A stretch of 64,000 nt of DNA from Alphaproteobacteria bacterium. GTDB taxonomy: Bacteria > Pseudomonadota > Alphaproteobacteria > UBA828. Below, piece after piece: positions 20,257 to 32,867 of the stretch (its first letter is position 1; every line of letters begins with the position of its first letter). The translations under genes were made by a program, and so were the position numbers. Below the pieces are notes generated by a model. That model was not told where the DNA came from, did no database searches, and was given only the letters and a program-made list of their open reading frames with translations. Where the stretch lies: assembly GCA_965220745.1 (NCBI GenBank), contig CBDCQT010000011.1, forward strand, positions 288,001 to 352,000. Direction: 5' to 3'.

Positions 20257-21615
20257 ATGTTCGACAAGGTCCTGATCGCCAACCGGGGGGAGATCGCGGT
20301 CCGGATCATCCGTGCCTGCCGGGAGTTCGGCATCAAGACCGTGGCCGTCCACTCCACGGCGGACGCCGAGGCGATGCACGCCAGGCTCGCCGACGAATCG
20401 GTCTGCATCGGCCCGCCGGCGCCCAGGGAGAGCTACCTCAATATCCCGGCGATCATCGCCGCCGGCGAGATCACCAACGCCAACGCGATCCACCCCGGTT
20501 ACGGCTTCCTCTCCGAGAGTGCGGACTTCGCGACCATCGTCGAGGAGCACGGCTTCATCTTCATCGGCCCGAGCCCGACACACATCTCGCTGATGGGCGA
20601 TAAGATTCGCGCCAAGCAGACCGCGGCCGAGCTCGGCCTGCCGGTGGTGCCGGGCTCCGCCGACGCGCTGGAGGACGCCGCCTCGATCGCCGAGGCGGCG
20701 GACGAGATCGGCTATCCGGTGCTGATCAAGGCGGTGGCGGGCGGTGGCGGGCGCGGCATGAAGCGGGTCGACAGCCGCGAGGAGCTGGCCATGGCTGCCG
20801 CCACGGCACGTGCCGAGGCGGAGTCCGCCTTCGGCAACGACGCGCTTTATCTGGAAAAGCTGGTCGCCGCGCCCCGCCATATCGAGGTGCAGGTGCTGGC
20901 GGATCAGTTCGGCAGCGCGGTGCACCTCGGCGAGCGCGATTGCTCCCTGCAGCGCCGCCACCAGAAGGTACTGGAGGAGGCGCCCTCGCCGGCACTCGAC
21001 GCGGAGGCGCGCGAGGAGATCGGCAGCCGGGTCAGCACCGCGGTGCGCGAGCTCGGCTATCGCGGGGTCGGCACCCTGGAGTTCCTGTACGAGGACGGCG
21101 CGTTCTACTTCATGGAGATGAACACGCGCATCCAGGTGGAACACCCGGTGACAGAGATGATCACCGGGATCGACCTCGTGCAGGAGCAGATCAGGGTTGC
21201 CGCCGGCGAGCCGCTGACCTTCGGCCAGGAGGACGTGCGCTTCGAGGGGCATTCCATCGAATGCCGGATCACCGCCGAGGATCCCGACACCTTCCGCCCC
21301 TCCCCCGGCACCGTGAGCGGTTATCACACGCCGGGTGGACCGGGCGTGCGCGTGGATTCCGCGCTCTATGACGGCTACCGGATCCCGCCCTATTACGACA
21401 GCCTCATCAGCAAGGTGATCGCCCAGGCCAGCAGCCGAGAGGCCTGCCTGATGCGCCTACGACGGGCGCTGGAGGAGTACGTCATCCAGGGTGTCTCGAC
21501 CACGATCCCGCTGCACCTGCGCCTGCTTGCCAGCCAGGCGTTCGCCGAGAGCGCCTACGACATCCACTGGTTCGAGCGCTTCGTGACGGAGACCGGCGCC
21601 GGCAACGACGCCTAG
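20257..21615 (+). CDS. accC: Biotin carboxylase
   Basis: [37 protein letters not shown]. Confidence 0.97.
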   Translation: MFDKVLIANRGEIAVRIIRACREFGIKTVAVHSTADAEAMHARLADESVCIGPPAPRESYLNIPAIIAAGEITNANAIHPGYGFLSESADFATIVEEHGFIFIGPSPTHISLMGDKIRAKQTAAELGLPVVPGSADALEDAASIAEAADEIGYPVLIKAVAGGGGRGMKRVDSREELAMAAATARAEAESAFGNDALYLEKLVAAPRHIEVQVLADQFGSAVHLGERDCSLQRRHQKVLEEAPSPALDAEAREEIGSRVSTAVRELGYRGVGTLEFLYEDGAFYFMEMNTRIQVEHPVTEMITGIDLVQEQIRVAAGEPLTFGQEDVRFEGHSIECRITAEDPDTFRPSPGTVSGYHTPGGPGVRVDSALYDGYRIPPYYDSLISKVIAQASSREACLMRLRRALEEYVIQGVSTTIPLHLRLLASQAFAESAYDIHWFERFVTETGAGNDA

Positions 21616-21625
21616 CGCGCGCACC

Positions 21626-22297
21626 ATGTCGACGGTCGAGCTCACGCCGGCGCTGATTCTCAGGGCCTACAGTTGCGGGCTCTTCCCCATGGCAGAGAGC
21701 AAGGCGGAGCGGGACGTCTTCTGGGTCGACCCGGAGACGCGTGGCGTGATTCCGCTCGACAGCTTTCACGTGCCACGCAGACTCGCACGCACGGTGCGCG
21801 GCGGCCACTTTCGCATCACCGTGGACCGGGACTTCCCCCGCGTCGTGCGCGGCTGCGCGCGCCGCACCCGCCGTCGGCCCGAATCATGGATCAATGGGCC
21901 GATCTTCGAGGCGTACTGTGCGCTGCACCGACAGGGGCATGCCCACAGCGTGGAGGCCTGGCGCGACGATACGCTGGTGGGCGGCCTCTACGGCGTGGCG
22001 CTGGAGGCCGCGTTCTTCGGCGAGAGTATGTTCAGCGTCGAACGGGACGCCAGCAAGGTCGCGCTCGTGCATCTGGTCGCGCGCCTCCGGGCAGGCGGCT
22101 TCACCCTGCTCGATACCCAGTTCGTGACCGGACACTTGAGCCAGTTCGGCGCGGTCGAGGTGCCGCGGGCCAGTTATCTGGAACGGCTGTCGGAGGCCCT
22201 TAAGCGGCCCGCGACCTTTTATCCGGCGGGTTTTTCAGACGCGGCGCTGTCGGCCGCGGGCGTGGCCTCCGAGCAGGCGAGCACCCAGATGTCGTAG
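21626..22297 (+). CDS. aat: Leucyl/phenylalanyl-tRNA--protein transferase
   Basis: [34 protein letters not shown]. Confidence 0.95.
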   Translation: MSTVELTPALILRAYSCGLFPMAESKAERDVFWVDPETRGVIPLDSFHVPRRLARTVRGGHFRITVDRDFPRVVRGCARRTRRRPESWINGPIFEAYCALHRQGHAHSVEAWRDDTLVGGLYGVALEAAFFGESMFSVERDASKVALVHLVARLRAGGFTLLDTQFVTGHLSQFGAVEVPRASYLERLSEALKRPATFYPAGFSDAALSAAGVASEQASTQMS

Positions 22298-22641
22298 ACC
22301 GGGTGCTCCAGCGCGGCGAGGCCCGGCGTCGACGAGAACATCCAGCCGGAATAGAGGCGGGTCGCACGCCCCGTATGGTCGACCTCGTCGATCTCAAGGA
22401 AGGCGGCATTCTCCGGCGGCTCCTCCGGCGGCGCCGCGTGACAGGCGCGCGCGACAATGCGGAGCGTCCCGAAATGCACGGCCCGGTCGAGCGGCGCTTC
22501 CACCTCGGAGGTCCGCGCCACCACCTTGTCGAGCGCCTGCAGCACGGCGACCGAGCGCTCGGCTGCGATGGCGACGGCGCCATCGCCCCAGGCCGCGGCA
22601 AGCGCCGCGCCTGCAGCCAGAAAAAAAAGCCCGCGCCGCAC
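22219..22641 (-). CDS. DUF2155 family exported protein
   Basis: [29 protein letters not shown]. Confidence 0.85.
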   Translation of the reverse strand: MRRGLFFLAAGAALAAAWGDGAVAIAAERSVAVLQALDKVVARTSEVEAPLDRAVHFGTLRIVARACHAAPPEEPPENAAFLEIDEVDHTGRATRLYSGWMFSSTPGLAALEHPVYDIWVLACSEATPAADSAASEKPAG

Positions 22642-23082
22642 CTAGTCGGTGCCGAAGGCGAACTTGCCAATCAGCTCCTCCAGCAGGAGGGAAGATTGGG
22701 TGTACGCGATGCGGCCGCCGTCCTTGATGAGGACTTCCTCGGCGCCCGGCTGGAGATCGATGAACTTGCCGCCGAGCAGGCCGTCGCTGACCACCGCCGC
22801 CGTGGAATCGCTCGGCAGCTCCACCGACTCGTCAATGCTCATACGGAGCACGGCGCGGAAGGTCTCGGGCTCAAGCTCGCGGTCGATCACCGTGCCGACC
22901 TTGATGCCGCCGATGCGCACATCGGAACCGTTGGTAATGCCGTCCACGCGGTTGAACGCGGCGCTTATCTCGTAGCCGCTCACCGTGGCGACGCCGCTCC
23001 TGGTATAGGCGAAGACGATGAAGCCGATGGCCACCGCCAGCACCACGGCGCCCAGCAGGGTCTCGACTAGGCTTCTCGACAT
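22642..23082 (-). CDS. mlaD: Outer membrane lipid asymmetry protein MlaD (MCE domain)
   Basis: ETLLGAVV TM, GSDVRIGGIKVG, GLLGGKFI. Confidence 0.9.
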   Translation of the reverse strand: MSRSLVETLLGAVVLAVAIGFIVFAYTRSGVATVSGYEISAAFNRVDGITNGSDVRIGGIKVGTVIDRELEPETFRAVLRMSIDESVELPSDSTAAVVSDGLLGGKFIDLQPGAEEVLIKDGGRIAYTQSSLLLEELIGKFAFGTD

Positions 23083-23226
23083 GGCGATCTCCTTCCCGGC
23101 CTCTGGGATGAGGATTGCGGCACTGCCCCGGTTTGGCGGGGCGGAGTCGGGTCGCATTCTGCCACAGCGCGCCCCGCCACGGGTAACAGCAACATGTCTC
23201 GCCCACGGGACAGCGACGCAAGCAAT

Positions 23227-23262
23227 TGTGCGAACGCACATTCATCCATATAGGTTCGCACA
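23227..23262. promoter_or_regulatory. Putative antitoxin operator
   Basis: Perfect 9-bp inverted repeat TGTGCGAAC-N18-GTTCGCACA abutting the ATG. Confidence 0.55.
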
Positions 23263-23501
23263 TGAGGACGACCATCGACGTGAACGACGATTTGCTGCAG
23301 GCGGTCAAGGCACACGCGGCGCGCGAGCACCAGACCCTGAAGGAGACATTCGAGCAGGCCCTGCGCGCATACTTGGCCCGTCCGGCCCCGGCTACCACCG
23401 AGGCGCCGCCCATTCCGGTGTTTCGCGGACGGGGCGTGCAACAGGGTGTAGACCTGACCGACAACGCAGCGCTCCGAGCCATCATGGCTTCAGAGCCCTA
23501 A
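23262..23501 (+). CDS. VapB-like ribbon-helix-helix antitoxin
   Basis: MRTTIDVNDDLL...GVDLTDNAAL pattern of RHH VapB antitoxins. Confidence 0.8.
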   Translation: MRTTIDVNDDLLQAVKAHAAREHQTLKETFEQALRAYLARPAPATTEAPPIPVFRGRGVQQGVDLTDNAALRAIMASEP

Positions 23502-23502
23502 C

Positions 23503-23571
23503 GCCGACGAACCAGATCTCGGATTCGCGATCTATCCGGGGCTGCGCGTCCGCAACCTCCTGGACAGCTGA
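23503..23571 (+). pseudogene. C-terminal remnant of a VapC toxin
   Basis: Reads ADEPDLGFAIYPGLRVRNLLDS*, like the VapC C-terminal D.dFa.fpGLr..NpL motif; no start or N-terminal part. Confidence 0.65.
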
Positions 23572-23581
23572 CGGGGCAGAG

Positions 23582-23989
23582 TCACCCCACGATCTCGCCT
23601 TCGACCATCGCGATCGCCTCGATCTCGATTTCGAGCTCGGGCAGGGCCAGACCCGTGATCTCGACGATGGTGTCGGCGGGATAGGGCGGCGTGAAGTATT
23701 TCTCGCGCAAGGCGACGATCTTGCCGAAGTTGCCCATGTCCTTGAGGTAGATGTTCACCTTGACGATCTTCGCGAGGCTGGAGCCGCCGGCCTCCAGCAC
23801 CGCCGCCAGGTTCTTGAAGGTCTGCTCGGCCTGGGCGTCGAAGTCGACGGCGCCGACGACGGTCCCGTCAAGGTCGATGGCGGCTTGCCCGGAAACGAAG
23901 ATCAGGTCGCCGACGCGGTAGGCCTGCGCCAGCTTGAAAGCCTCGTAAGGATCGGGATCGGTCTTGATGCGAACGGCGTTCTCGGTCAT
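23582..23989 (-). CDS. RidA/YjgF family protein
   Basis: LIFVSGQ, IVKVNIYL, IEIEAIA. Confidence 0.9.
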   Translation of the reverse strand: MTENAVRIKTDPDPYEAFKLAQAYRVGDLIFVSGQAAIDLDGTVVGAVDFDAQAEQTFKNLAAVLEAGGSSLAKIVKVNIYLKDMGNFGKIVALREKYFTPPYPADTIVEITGLALPELEIEIEAIAMVEGEIVG

Positions 23990-24096
23990 CGGTGTCCTCC
24001 ATCGTGAGTGCTGTGGCACGCCAGTCTCGCCCGCCGGGTCGCTTGATGCTAGGACGCGCCCAGCGGCGACATTGGCACCGGCGGGAGTCTTGAGAC

Positions 24097-24894
24097 ATGA
24101 GCGACACGGTACTGATCGAGCGAGCGAACGGCATCGCCCGGGTCACCCTCAACCGGCCGGAGGTGCTGAACGCGCTCAACGACGAGCTGTGCGACGCCCT
24201 GGTCGAGACCCTTGCACAGGTCGAGCGCGAGCCCGAGACCCGCGTCATGGTGCTGCAGGGTGCCGGCGGCTACTTCATGGCGGGCGGCGACCTGCAATCC
24301 TTCTACGGCCTGCTCGAACGGACGCCGGATGAGCGCCGGCGGCATTTCGAGACGATGATCGACCGCGTGCACGCAATCATCCGGATCATGCGGCGGATGC
24401 CGCAGCCGATCATCGCCAAGATCGACGGCGCTGCCGGCGGCTTCGGCTTGAGCCTGGTACTCGCGTGTGACCTCGCGATCAGCGCCGCCGACAGCATCTT
24501 CACCATGGCCTATTGCCGCATCGGCACCAGCCCCGACGGCTCGTCGACCTGGTTCCTGCCGCGCACCGTGGGCGCCAAGAAGGCGATGGAGCTCGCGCTG
24601 CTTGGCGATCGCTTTGGCGCGCGCGAGGCTGAGCGGCTCGGCATCGTCAACCGCGTCGTCTCGCCCAACCGGCTTGAGGAGGAGACCGATGCGATAGCCC
24701 GACGCCTTGCCGCAGGCCCCGCCCGCGCCCTAGCCAACACGAAGCGGCTGCTCCGTAACTCGGGCCATGCCTCCCTCGAAGACCAGCTCCAGGCGGAAGC
24801 CGAGATGTTCGCGGACTGCGCGGCGAGCGCGGATTTCGCCGAGGGAGTCGCGGCCTTCGTCGAGAAGCGCAGGCCCACCTTCACCGGGCGCTGA
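24097..24894 (+). CDS. Enoyl-CoA hydratase/isomerase family protein
   Basis: TLNRPEVLNAL, FMAGGDL, AFVEKRRP. Confidence 0.92.
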   Translation: MSDTVLIERANGIARVTLNRPEVLNALNDELCDALVETLAQVEREPETRVMVLQGAGGYFMAGGDLQSFYGLLERTPDERRRHFETMIDRVHAIIRIMRRMPQPIIAKIDGAAGGFGLSLVLACDLAISAADSIFTMAYCRIGTSPDGSSTWFLPRTVGAKKAMELALLGDRFGAREAERLGIVNRVVSPNRLEEETDAIARRLAAGPARALANTKRLLRNSGHASLEDQLQAEAEMFADCAASADFAEGVAAFVEKRRPTFTGR

Positions 24895-24897
24895 GTG

Positions 24898-25638
24898 ATG
24901 GGCGGGCGGCTCGCGGGCAAGACCGCGCTGATCACGGCGGCGGGGCAAGGCATCGGCCACGCCACCGCCGTCGCGTTCCAAAAGGAGGGCGCGCAGCTTT
25001 GGGCGACCGACATCGACGAAGCCAAGCTCGCAGGCCTCGCCACGCTGGAAGGCGTCACCTGCCGGGCACTCGATGTCCGCGACGACGGCGCCGTGACGGC
25101 GGCGGCCGAGGAGATCGGCGCCGTCCACGTGCTCTTCAACTGTGCCGGCCGCGTGCCCCACGGCACGCTGCTCGACTGCGAGCCGGCGGACTGGGAGGAA
25201 ACGCTCGGCCTCAACGTCACCGCCATGTACCGGATGATCCGCGCCTTCCTGCCGGCGATGCTGGCACAGGGTGGCGGCTCGATCATCAACATGGCGTCGG
25301 TGGTGTCCTCGGTGAAGGCCGCCCCCGACCGCTGCGCCTATGGCGCCAGCAAGGCCGCCGTCATCGGCCTCACCAAGTCGGTCGCGCTGGACTACGCGGC
25401 GCAAGGCATCCGCTGCAATGCCGTCTGCCCCGGTGCGGTGGATACCCCGTCACTCGACGAGCGCTTCGGTGCCCGGCCCGACCCGGACACCGCGCGCAAG
25501 AGCTTTATCGCGCGCCACCCGGTGGGGCGGATTGGATCGCCGTCGGAAATTGCGGCGCTCTGCGTCTATCTGGCGTCGGACGAGTCCGACTTCACAACCG
25601 GCCAGGCACTGGTGGTCGACGGCGCCTGGGGTTTGTAA
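24898..25638 (+). CDS. SDR oxidoreductase (BDH2-like)
   Basis: TAAGQGIG, LFNCAG, YGASK. Confidence 0.9.
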   Translation: MGGRLAGKTALITAAGQGIGHATAVAFQKEGAQLWATDIDEAKLAGLATLEGVTCRALDVRDDGAVTAAAEEIGAVHVLFNCAGRVPHGTLLDCEPADWEETLGLNVTAMYRMIRAFLPAMLAQGGGSIINMASVVSSVKAAPDRCAYGASKAAVIGLTKSVALDYAAQGIRCNAVCPGAVDTPSLDERFGARPDPDTARKSFIARHPVGRIGSPSEIAALCVYLASDESDFTTGQALVVDGAWGL

Positions 25639-25647
25639 CCGCCTCGC

Positions 25648-27834
25648 CTACCCTCCGGCCGCCGGGCCCCTGTTCCCGGTGAGCGCGGTCATCATGTTGT
25701 CGATCAGCCGCATGCCGATGTTGTCGTCCAGGGAGAGGATCGATTCCGGGTGGAACTGCACGGCGGCGATGGGTCTCTCCCGGTGCTCCAGCGCCATCAC
25801 AACGCCGTCATCGGTTTCGGCGGTGACCTTGAGCAGGTCGTCGGGGAGCGATACGCGCGCGGCATAGAGCGAGTGGTAGCGCCCGACGCGGAAGCGCTCG
25901 GGCAACCCCTGGAAGAGGGCGCTGGCCTTCGCCGTGACCTCCGACGGCTTGCCGTGCACCGGCTCGTCGAGCTGGCCGAGCCGGCCGCCGAAATACTCCG
26001 CCACGGCCTGAAGCCCGAGACAGACGCCGAAGAGCGGCACGCCCTTCGCCAGCACCAGCTCGATGGTCTCGGCCGTGCCGAAATCCTCGGGCCGGCCGGG
26101 GCCCGGCGAGAGCACGACCAGATCGGGCGCGCCGTCCCGCAACACCTCGCGCGCCGGTTCGGGCCGCAGTGTCTCGACCTGGGCGCCGGTCTGGCGCAGG
26201 TAGTTGGCGAGTGTGTGGACGAAGGAATCCTCGTGATCGACCAGGAGGACCCGCCTGGCAGGCCCCAGCTGGGCTGAGGGCGCGCGCGCCGGCGCGGGCG
26301 CAGCCTCCGCCCGCACGGCGGCGAACAGCGCCGAGGCCTTGAGCCGGCACTCCTCGTCCTCGGCGTCCGGGTCGCTGTCATAGAGCAGCGTGGCGCCGGC
26401 TCTGATCTCGGCGATGCCGTCCTTCATGCGGACGGTGCGGAGCGTGAGCCCGGTGTTCATCGCCCCGTCGAAGCCGATGCGGCCGATGGCGCCGCCGTAC
26501 CAGCGCCGCGCCGAGCGCTCGTTCGCCTCGATGAAGCGGATCGCCCAGTGCTTGGGCGCGCCGGTCACCGTCACCGCCCAGGTGTGGCTGAGGAAGGCGT
26601 CCAGCGCATCGAACTCGGGGCGGAGGATGCCTTCGACGTGATCGACGGTGTGGATCAGGCGCGAGTAGAGCTCTACCTGGCGCCGGCCGATCACCCGCAC
26701 CGAGCCCGGCTCGCAGATACGCGACTTATCGTTGCGGTCGACGTCGGTGCACATGGTCAGCTCGGCTTCGTCCTTGGCCGAATTGAGGAGCTTCGCGATC
26801 TGCGCGGCATCGCCCAGCGCATCCTTGCCGCGCGCGATGGTGCCGGAGATCGGGCAGGTCTCGACCCGGCGGCCCTCCACCCGCACGTACATCTCGGGCG
26901 AAGCGGCGACCAGGAACTCGCCGACGCCCAAGTTCATCAGCGCGCAGTAGGGCGCAGGATTGAGAGTGCGCAGGCGGTCGAACACCGCGGACGGCGGGTC
27001 GGCGCAGGCCTCGCTGAACTGCTGGCTCAGCACCACCTCGAAGAGGTCGCCCCGGCGGAACGCATCCTTGGCGCGATCTACTGCCGCCGGGTACTGCCCC
27101 GGTTCGTGGTCGTTGGCCGGCGGTTCGCTGCCGGGGCGGGCAGGCGCGTAGGCGTCCTCGCGCGGCGCGCGGGCCATGTCGCGCGTGTCCCCGCCGGGCG
27201 TGATGAAATCGTAGCGGTGCCGCACCGCCCGGTCCGACATGTGATCGACAACCAGGATCTCGTCCGGCACGAAGAGCACCAGGTCGCGCTGGTCGGCCGG
27301 GCGCTCGAGCTTGAGCGCCACCGGCTCGAACTGGTGGGCGAGGTCGTAGCCGAAGGCCCCGTAGAGGCCGAAATGCTGGTCCTCGTCGTTGCCGAAGAGG
27401 TCGATGACCGCGCGCAGCAAGCTGAAGATCGAAGGCTGCCGGCTGCGCTGCTCCTCGGGCACGATCTCCACAGGAGGATGGATCTGCCCGTGCAGGCGGT
27501 CACCATCCGCCTCAAGAGACGCGACGGCAGCGAGCGGCTCGATCGCGGCGCGGATGGGCTCCAGCAGCACCCTGCCTCTTGGCTCAAGTGCGATGACCTC
27601 GAAATCCCGCCCGCGGCAGGTGATGGCGAGCGGCGGGGCGGCGAAGCCAAGGTCCCAGCGCGTGTAGCGGCCGGGAAACTCGAAGCAGGAGGACATGAGG
27701 ACGCCGGGATAGCGGTCCAGACGCTCGACCAGGTCTGCGGCCGCAGGGCCGACCGCCGCCTCGCGGTCGCTGCGGTGGATGGTGATGCCGCCGCGGGTGC
27801 GATAGCGGCGCTGGCTGGCGTCGGGCTCGCTCAT
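25648..27834 (-). CDS. trpE: Fused anthranilate synthase components I and II
   Basis: Chorismate-binding domain (ASPEMY, ELTMCTDVDRND, TGAPK) plus GATase (DHEDSF, SPGPG, GVCLG, QFHPES). Confidence 0.95.
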   Translation of the reverse strand: MSEPDASQRRYRTRGGITIHRSDREAAVGPAAADLVERLDRYPGVLMSSCFEFPGRYTRWDLGFAAPPLAITCRGRDFEVIALEPRGRVLLEPIRAAIEPLAAVASLEADGDRLHGQIHPPVEIVPEEQRSRQPSIFSLLRAVIDLFGNDEDQHFGLYGAFGYDLAHQFEPVALKLERPADQRDLVLFVPDEILVVDHMSDRAVRHRYDFITPGGDTRDMARAPREDAYAPARPGSEPPANDHEPGQYPAAVDRAKDAFRRGDLFEVVLSQQFSEACADPPSAVFDRLRTLNPAPYCALMNLGVGEFLVAASPEMYVRVEGRRVETCPISGTIARGKDALGDAAQIAKLLNSAKDEAELTMCTDVDRNDKSRICEPGSVRVIGRRQVELYSRLIHTVDHVEGILRPEFDALDAFLSHTWAVTVTGAPKHWAIRFIEANERSARRWYGGAIGRIGFDGAMNTGLTLRTVRMKDGIAEIRAGATLLYDSDPDAEDEECRLKASALFAAVRAEAAPAPARAPSAQLGPARRVLLVDHEDSFVHTLANYLRQTGAQVETLRPEPAREVLRDGAPDLVVLSPGPGRPEDFGTAETIELVLAKGVPLFGVCLGLQAVAEYFGGRLGQLDEPVHGKPSEVTAKASALFQGLPERFRVGRYHSLYAARVSLPDDLLKVTAETDDGVVMALEHRERPIAAVQFHPESILSLDDNIGMRLIDNMMTALTGNRGPAAGG

Positions 27835-27884
27835 GGCGCTCTTATGCCGCTTGCGGCCACCCCCTTGTCAAGCGACGCGGGGAT

Positions 27885-29309
27885 TCAGAGGCGGCGCAAC
27901 TCCACGACGGATTCGTAGAGCGCGCCCCCGTTGGCCTTGCCGGCGCGGACGCTGGACTCGACGATGCTGCTGCCGACCCTCGTTTCACGGGGAATGTGAA
28001 TGTTCGCGACCTGGAAGCCGCGGGAGGCCGCGATGGCGGCGAGAAAGCGGTCGGTCGGGATCGGCACCCCCTGCAGGATCGAGTTTCCAATTACCACCAG
28101 GGCCGTCGCGCCAGGCCTGAGACACCAGGCCGCACCGTCGAGGAAGCGGGCGCAGTCATTGAAGTAGCGCGCAGCGTAGTTGGCCCAGCCGTTGCCGCCG
28201 TAGACACCCTTCTCGGGGTTGCGCACCCGCACCGCTCCGATGGCCTCCCGAATCGCGTCGTTGTCGATGGACGTGTCGAGATCGATGCGCTCTTCGTCAC
28301 GGGCGTTCTGCCAGTAGGTGCCGACGTTGAGTTCTTCCAGCCGCTTCAGGTCGCGCGGCGCGGCACAGAACCCCAACCAATAGAGGTGCGGGCGGGTGTT
28401 GCGGTTGTAGTGGTAGTTGTTGAGATAGGGCGGCGAGGTGACGAGCAGGTCCACACCGCCTTCACCGAGTTCGGCGTAGCCGTCGAAGAAGGAGTTCTCG
28501 AAGACCCGCCCATCGTCGCGCTCGGGGTTGGCGCGCGTGTCGCGATACCATCCGGCATCGTCCGCCATCTGAGAGAGCTTGGCGGCGATCACGTCAGCTA
28601 CGTCGTCGTCTTCCACGTCCGGCCGCCCGACGGACGCCTTGCGACCCAGGCTCGGCTCATAGGAGTAGTTGGAGTAGTTCACCATGGTCGCCGCGAAGGC
28701 GAGGCGGAACAGCGCGGCGATGGGCGCATCTAGCGTGGCCATGAAATCGAAGGCCAGCAACACCTTGCGCTCCACCGCCGGGCTGTAGAACGGCGCCCGT
28801 GTGCGAAAGGCGGCGGGAGGCGATGTCTTGGGTGCGCGGCCCGAGTGTTCGCATTCGCCCATGAACGCGACGAAGTCCACGATGCTGGCGCTAAGCCGTG
28901 CGGGCTCCAGCCGGTGCGCCCCCAGCTTCGCCCGCGCGGCGAAAACGGCGTAGGGATTGATCTCGAAGCCGACGGTTTCGTGTCCGGCGAGATCGGCCTC
29001 GATCAGCGTCGTACCGACGCCCGCAAAGGGGTCCAGCACGACGCCCGGCGCCGTCCCCGGCAGGTGGCGGGCCAGCGCGTCCTGCACGAATTGCCGGGAA
29101 AAGCCCGCGATCCAGGGAACCCACCGGTGCACCGGCGCTTCCCGATTGGCCATGAAAGCCGGATCGCGGAAGGCGCTGCTCTCTTGTGCCCGACCGACGG
29201 TGACCGCCGGCGGACGACCATATTGGCCGGGCTCGTGCGCCTTGCGTTCAGGTCGTACGCCGGCGCCGTCCTCAAAGAGAAAGTGTTTCTGACGTGGATC
29301 TATCGGCAC
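27885..29309 (-). CDS. Amino-DNA methyltransferase (probably m4C), no adjacent endonuclease
   Basis: Motif I VLDPFAGVGTT and motif IV TSPPY separated by a long target-recognition region. Confidence 0.8.
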   Translation of the reverse strand: MPIDPRQKHFLFEDGAGVRPERKAHEPGQYGRPPAVTVGRAQESSAFRDPAFMANREAPVHRWVPWIAGFSRQFVQDALARHLPGTAPGVVLDPFAGVGTTLIEADLAGHETVGFEINPYAVFAARAKLGAHRLEPARLSASIVDFVAFMGECEHSGRAPKTSPPAAFRTRAPFYSPAVERKVLLAFDFMATLDAPIAALFRLAFAATMVNYSNYSYEPSLGRKASVGRPDVEDDDVADVIAAKLSQMADDAGWYRDTRANPERDDGRVFENSFFDGYAELGEGGVDLLVTSPPYLNNYHYNRNTRPHLYWLGFCAAPRDLKRLEELNVGTYWQNARDEERIDLDTSIDNDAIREAIGAVRVRNPEKGVYGGNGWANYAARYFNDCARFLDGAAWCLRPGATALVVIGNSILQGVPIPTDRFLAAIAASRGFQVANIHIPRETRVGSSIVESSVRAGKANGGALYESVVELRRL

Positions 29310-29325
29310 GTCCCGCCGTCGTCGG

Positions 29326-30303
29326 TCAGGGGGTCAGGATGGTCGAGCCCGTGGTCTTGCGGCCCTCCAAGTCGCGGTGCGCCTGGGCGGCCTCGGCCAG
29401 CGGGTAGGTCTGGTGGATCTCGATCTTCACCGCGCCCGAGCGCACCACGTCGAAGAGCGCGCCGGCCGATTCCTCAAGCTCCGGCCGCGTGGCGTTGTAG
29501 CCGAAGAGCGTGGGCCGCGTGATGTAGGCGCTCTTGGGCGCGAGGCGGGCCAGGTTGAAGTCGGTGATGGGGCCGGAGGCGTTGCCGAAGCTCGCGAGAG
29601 TCCCGAGCCGCGCGAGGCTGTTGAGCGAGCCTTCCAGCGTGTCGGCGCCGATGGAATCGTAGACCACGGGGACGCCCTGGCCGTCGGTGATCTCCATCAC
29701 CCGCGCGGCGAAATCCTCGGTCCGGTAGTTGACCGGATGGTCGCAGCCGTGCGCGCTGGCGAGCGCCGCCTTCTCCTCCGAGCCGACGGTGCCGATCACC
29801 GTCACGCCCAGGTGCTTGAGCCATTGGCACTGGATCAGCCCGACGCCGCCGGCTGCCGCGTGCACCAGCACGGTCTCCCCGGCCTTCACCGGGTAGGTGC
29901 GTCGGATCAGGTATTCGACGGTCATGCCTTGCAGCATCATCGCCGCGCCCTGCTCGAAGCTGATGTCGGCAGGGAGCTCTACCAGCGAGCCCGCCGGCAT
30001 GACACGGGCCTCGGAATAGCCGCCCGGCGGCGGCGGGCTGGCGTAGGCCACGCGCACGCCCGCGGAGACCTCGCTCACGCCGTCCCCCACGGCCTCGACC
30101 ACGCCGGCGCCTTCCATGCCGATGGTCCACGGCAGCGAGGGGACCGGGTAGAGGCCCGTGCGGTGATAGACGTCGATGTAGTTGAGGCCGATCGCCTCGT
30201 GGCGCACCAGCGCCTCGCCGGGGCCGGGGTCGGGCAGCGCCACATCCTCGTAATGCAGCACCTCGGGCCCGCCCGCCTCGTGCATCCGCACAGCCTTGAC
30301 CAT
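29326..30303 (-). CDS. qor: NADPH:quinone oxidoreductase (zeta-crystallin family)
   Basis: IGLNYID, HAAAGGVG, GRKTTGS. Confidence 0.93.
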   Translation of the reverse strand: MVKAVRMHEAGGPEVLHYEDVALPDPGPGEALVRHEAIGLNYIDVYHRTGLYPVPSLPWTIGMEGAGVVEAVGDGVSEVSAGVRVAYASPPPPGGYSEARVMPAGSLVELPADISFEQGAAMMLQGMTVEYLIRRTYPVKAGETVLVHAAAGGVGLIQCQWLKHLGVTVIGTVGSEEKAALASAHGCDHPVNYRTEDFAARVMEITDGQGVPVVYDSIGADTLEGSLNSLARLGTLASFGNASGPITDFNLARLAPKSAYITRPTLFGYNATRPELEESAGALFDVVRSGAVKIEIHQTYPLAEAAQAHRDLEGRKTTGSTILTP

Positions 30304-30348
30304 GGTTCTCCCTTTCCTGTCCGGGGCGCCCGCCCGGCCGCGCTCGGC

Positions 30349-30822
30349 TCAGACCGGAAGCTGCGGCGGAAGCGCGCGTTCCAATGCGAGAAGCTGGCGC
30401 TTGGTATCACAGCCGGCGCCGCCGGAGAACCCGCCGAGCGTGCCGCCTGCGCCGACAACCCGGTGGCAGGGGATGATGAGGGGAATCGGGTTGGCGCCGC
30501 AGGCGCCGCCGACGGCGCGAGGCGCACTGTCGAGCGCACGGGCGAGGTCGCCGTAGCTCCGGGTCTGGCCGTAGGGGATCGCCTGCATCGCCGCCCACAC
30601 CTTTAGGCGGAAGGGTGTGCCATGCGGTGCGAGCGGTAGCGTGAACTCGCGCAACGTGCCGGCGAAGTATTCGGTGAGCTGGCGCGCGGCCTCCGCCAGC
30701 AGGCCGCCGTTCGGGCGAGGTCCGCCGCCTGCGCCGAAATCGACGGCCGTGATTTTTTCGTCCTCAGCCGTGATCGTGAGCGGGCCGACGGGGCTGTTGA
30801 TGGTGCAGCGGTCGGCAGGCAT
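30349..30822 (-). CDS. ogt: Methylated-DNA--protein-cysteine methyltransferase
   Basis: IPYGQTRSY, RAVGGA, IPCHRV. Confidence 0.95.
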   Translation of the reverse strand: MPADRCTINSPVGPLTITAEDEKITAVDFGAGGGPRPNGGLLAEAARQLTEYFAGTLREFTLPLAPHGTPFRLKVWAAMQAIPYGQTRSYGDLARALDSAPRAVGGACGANPIPLIIPCHRVVGAGGTLGGFSGGAGCDTKRQLLALERALPPQLPV

Positions 30823-30827
30823 CGCCC

Positions 30828-32867
<2,040 letters not shown>

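Noticed and set aside
22219-22297. 79-bp convergent overlap of aat and the DUF2155 gene
   Set aside because: Ordinary 3' overlap of two housekeeping-type genes in a GC-rich genome
25648-27834. TrpE-TrpG fusion as a novelty
   Set aside because: Established architecture in alphaproteobacteria such as rhizobia and Azospirillum
27835-27884. trpL leader/attenuator before trpE(G)
   Set aside because: Only 50 bp, with no Trp-codon leader peptide or terminator
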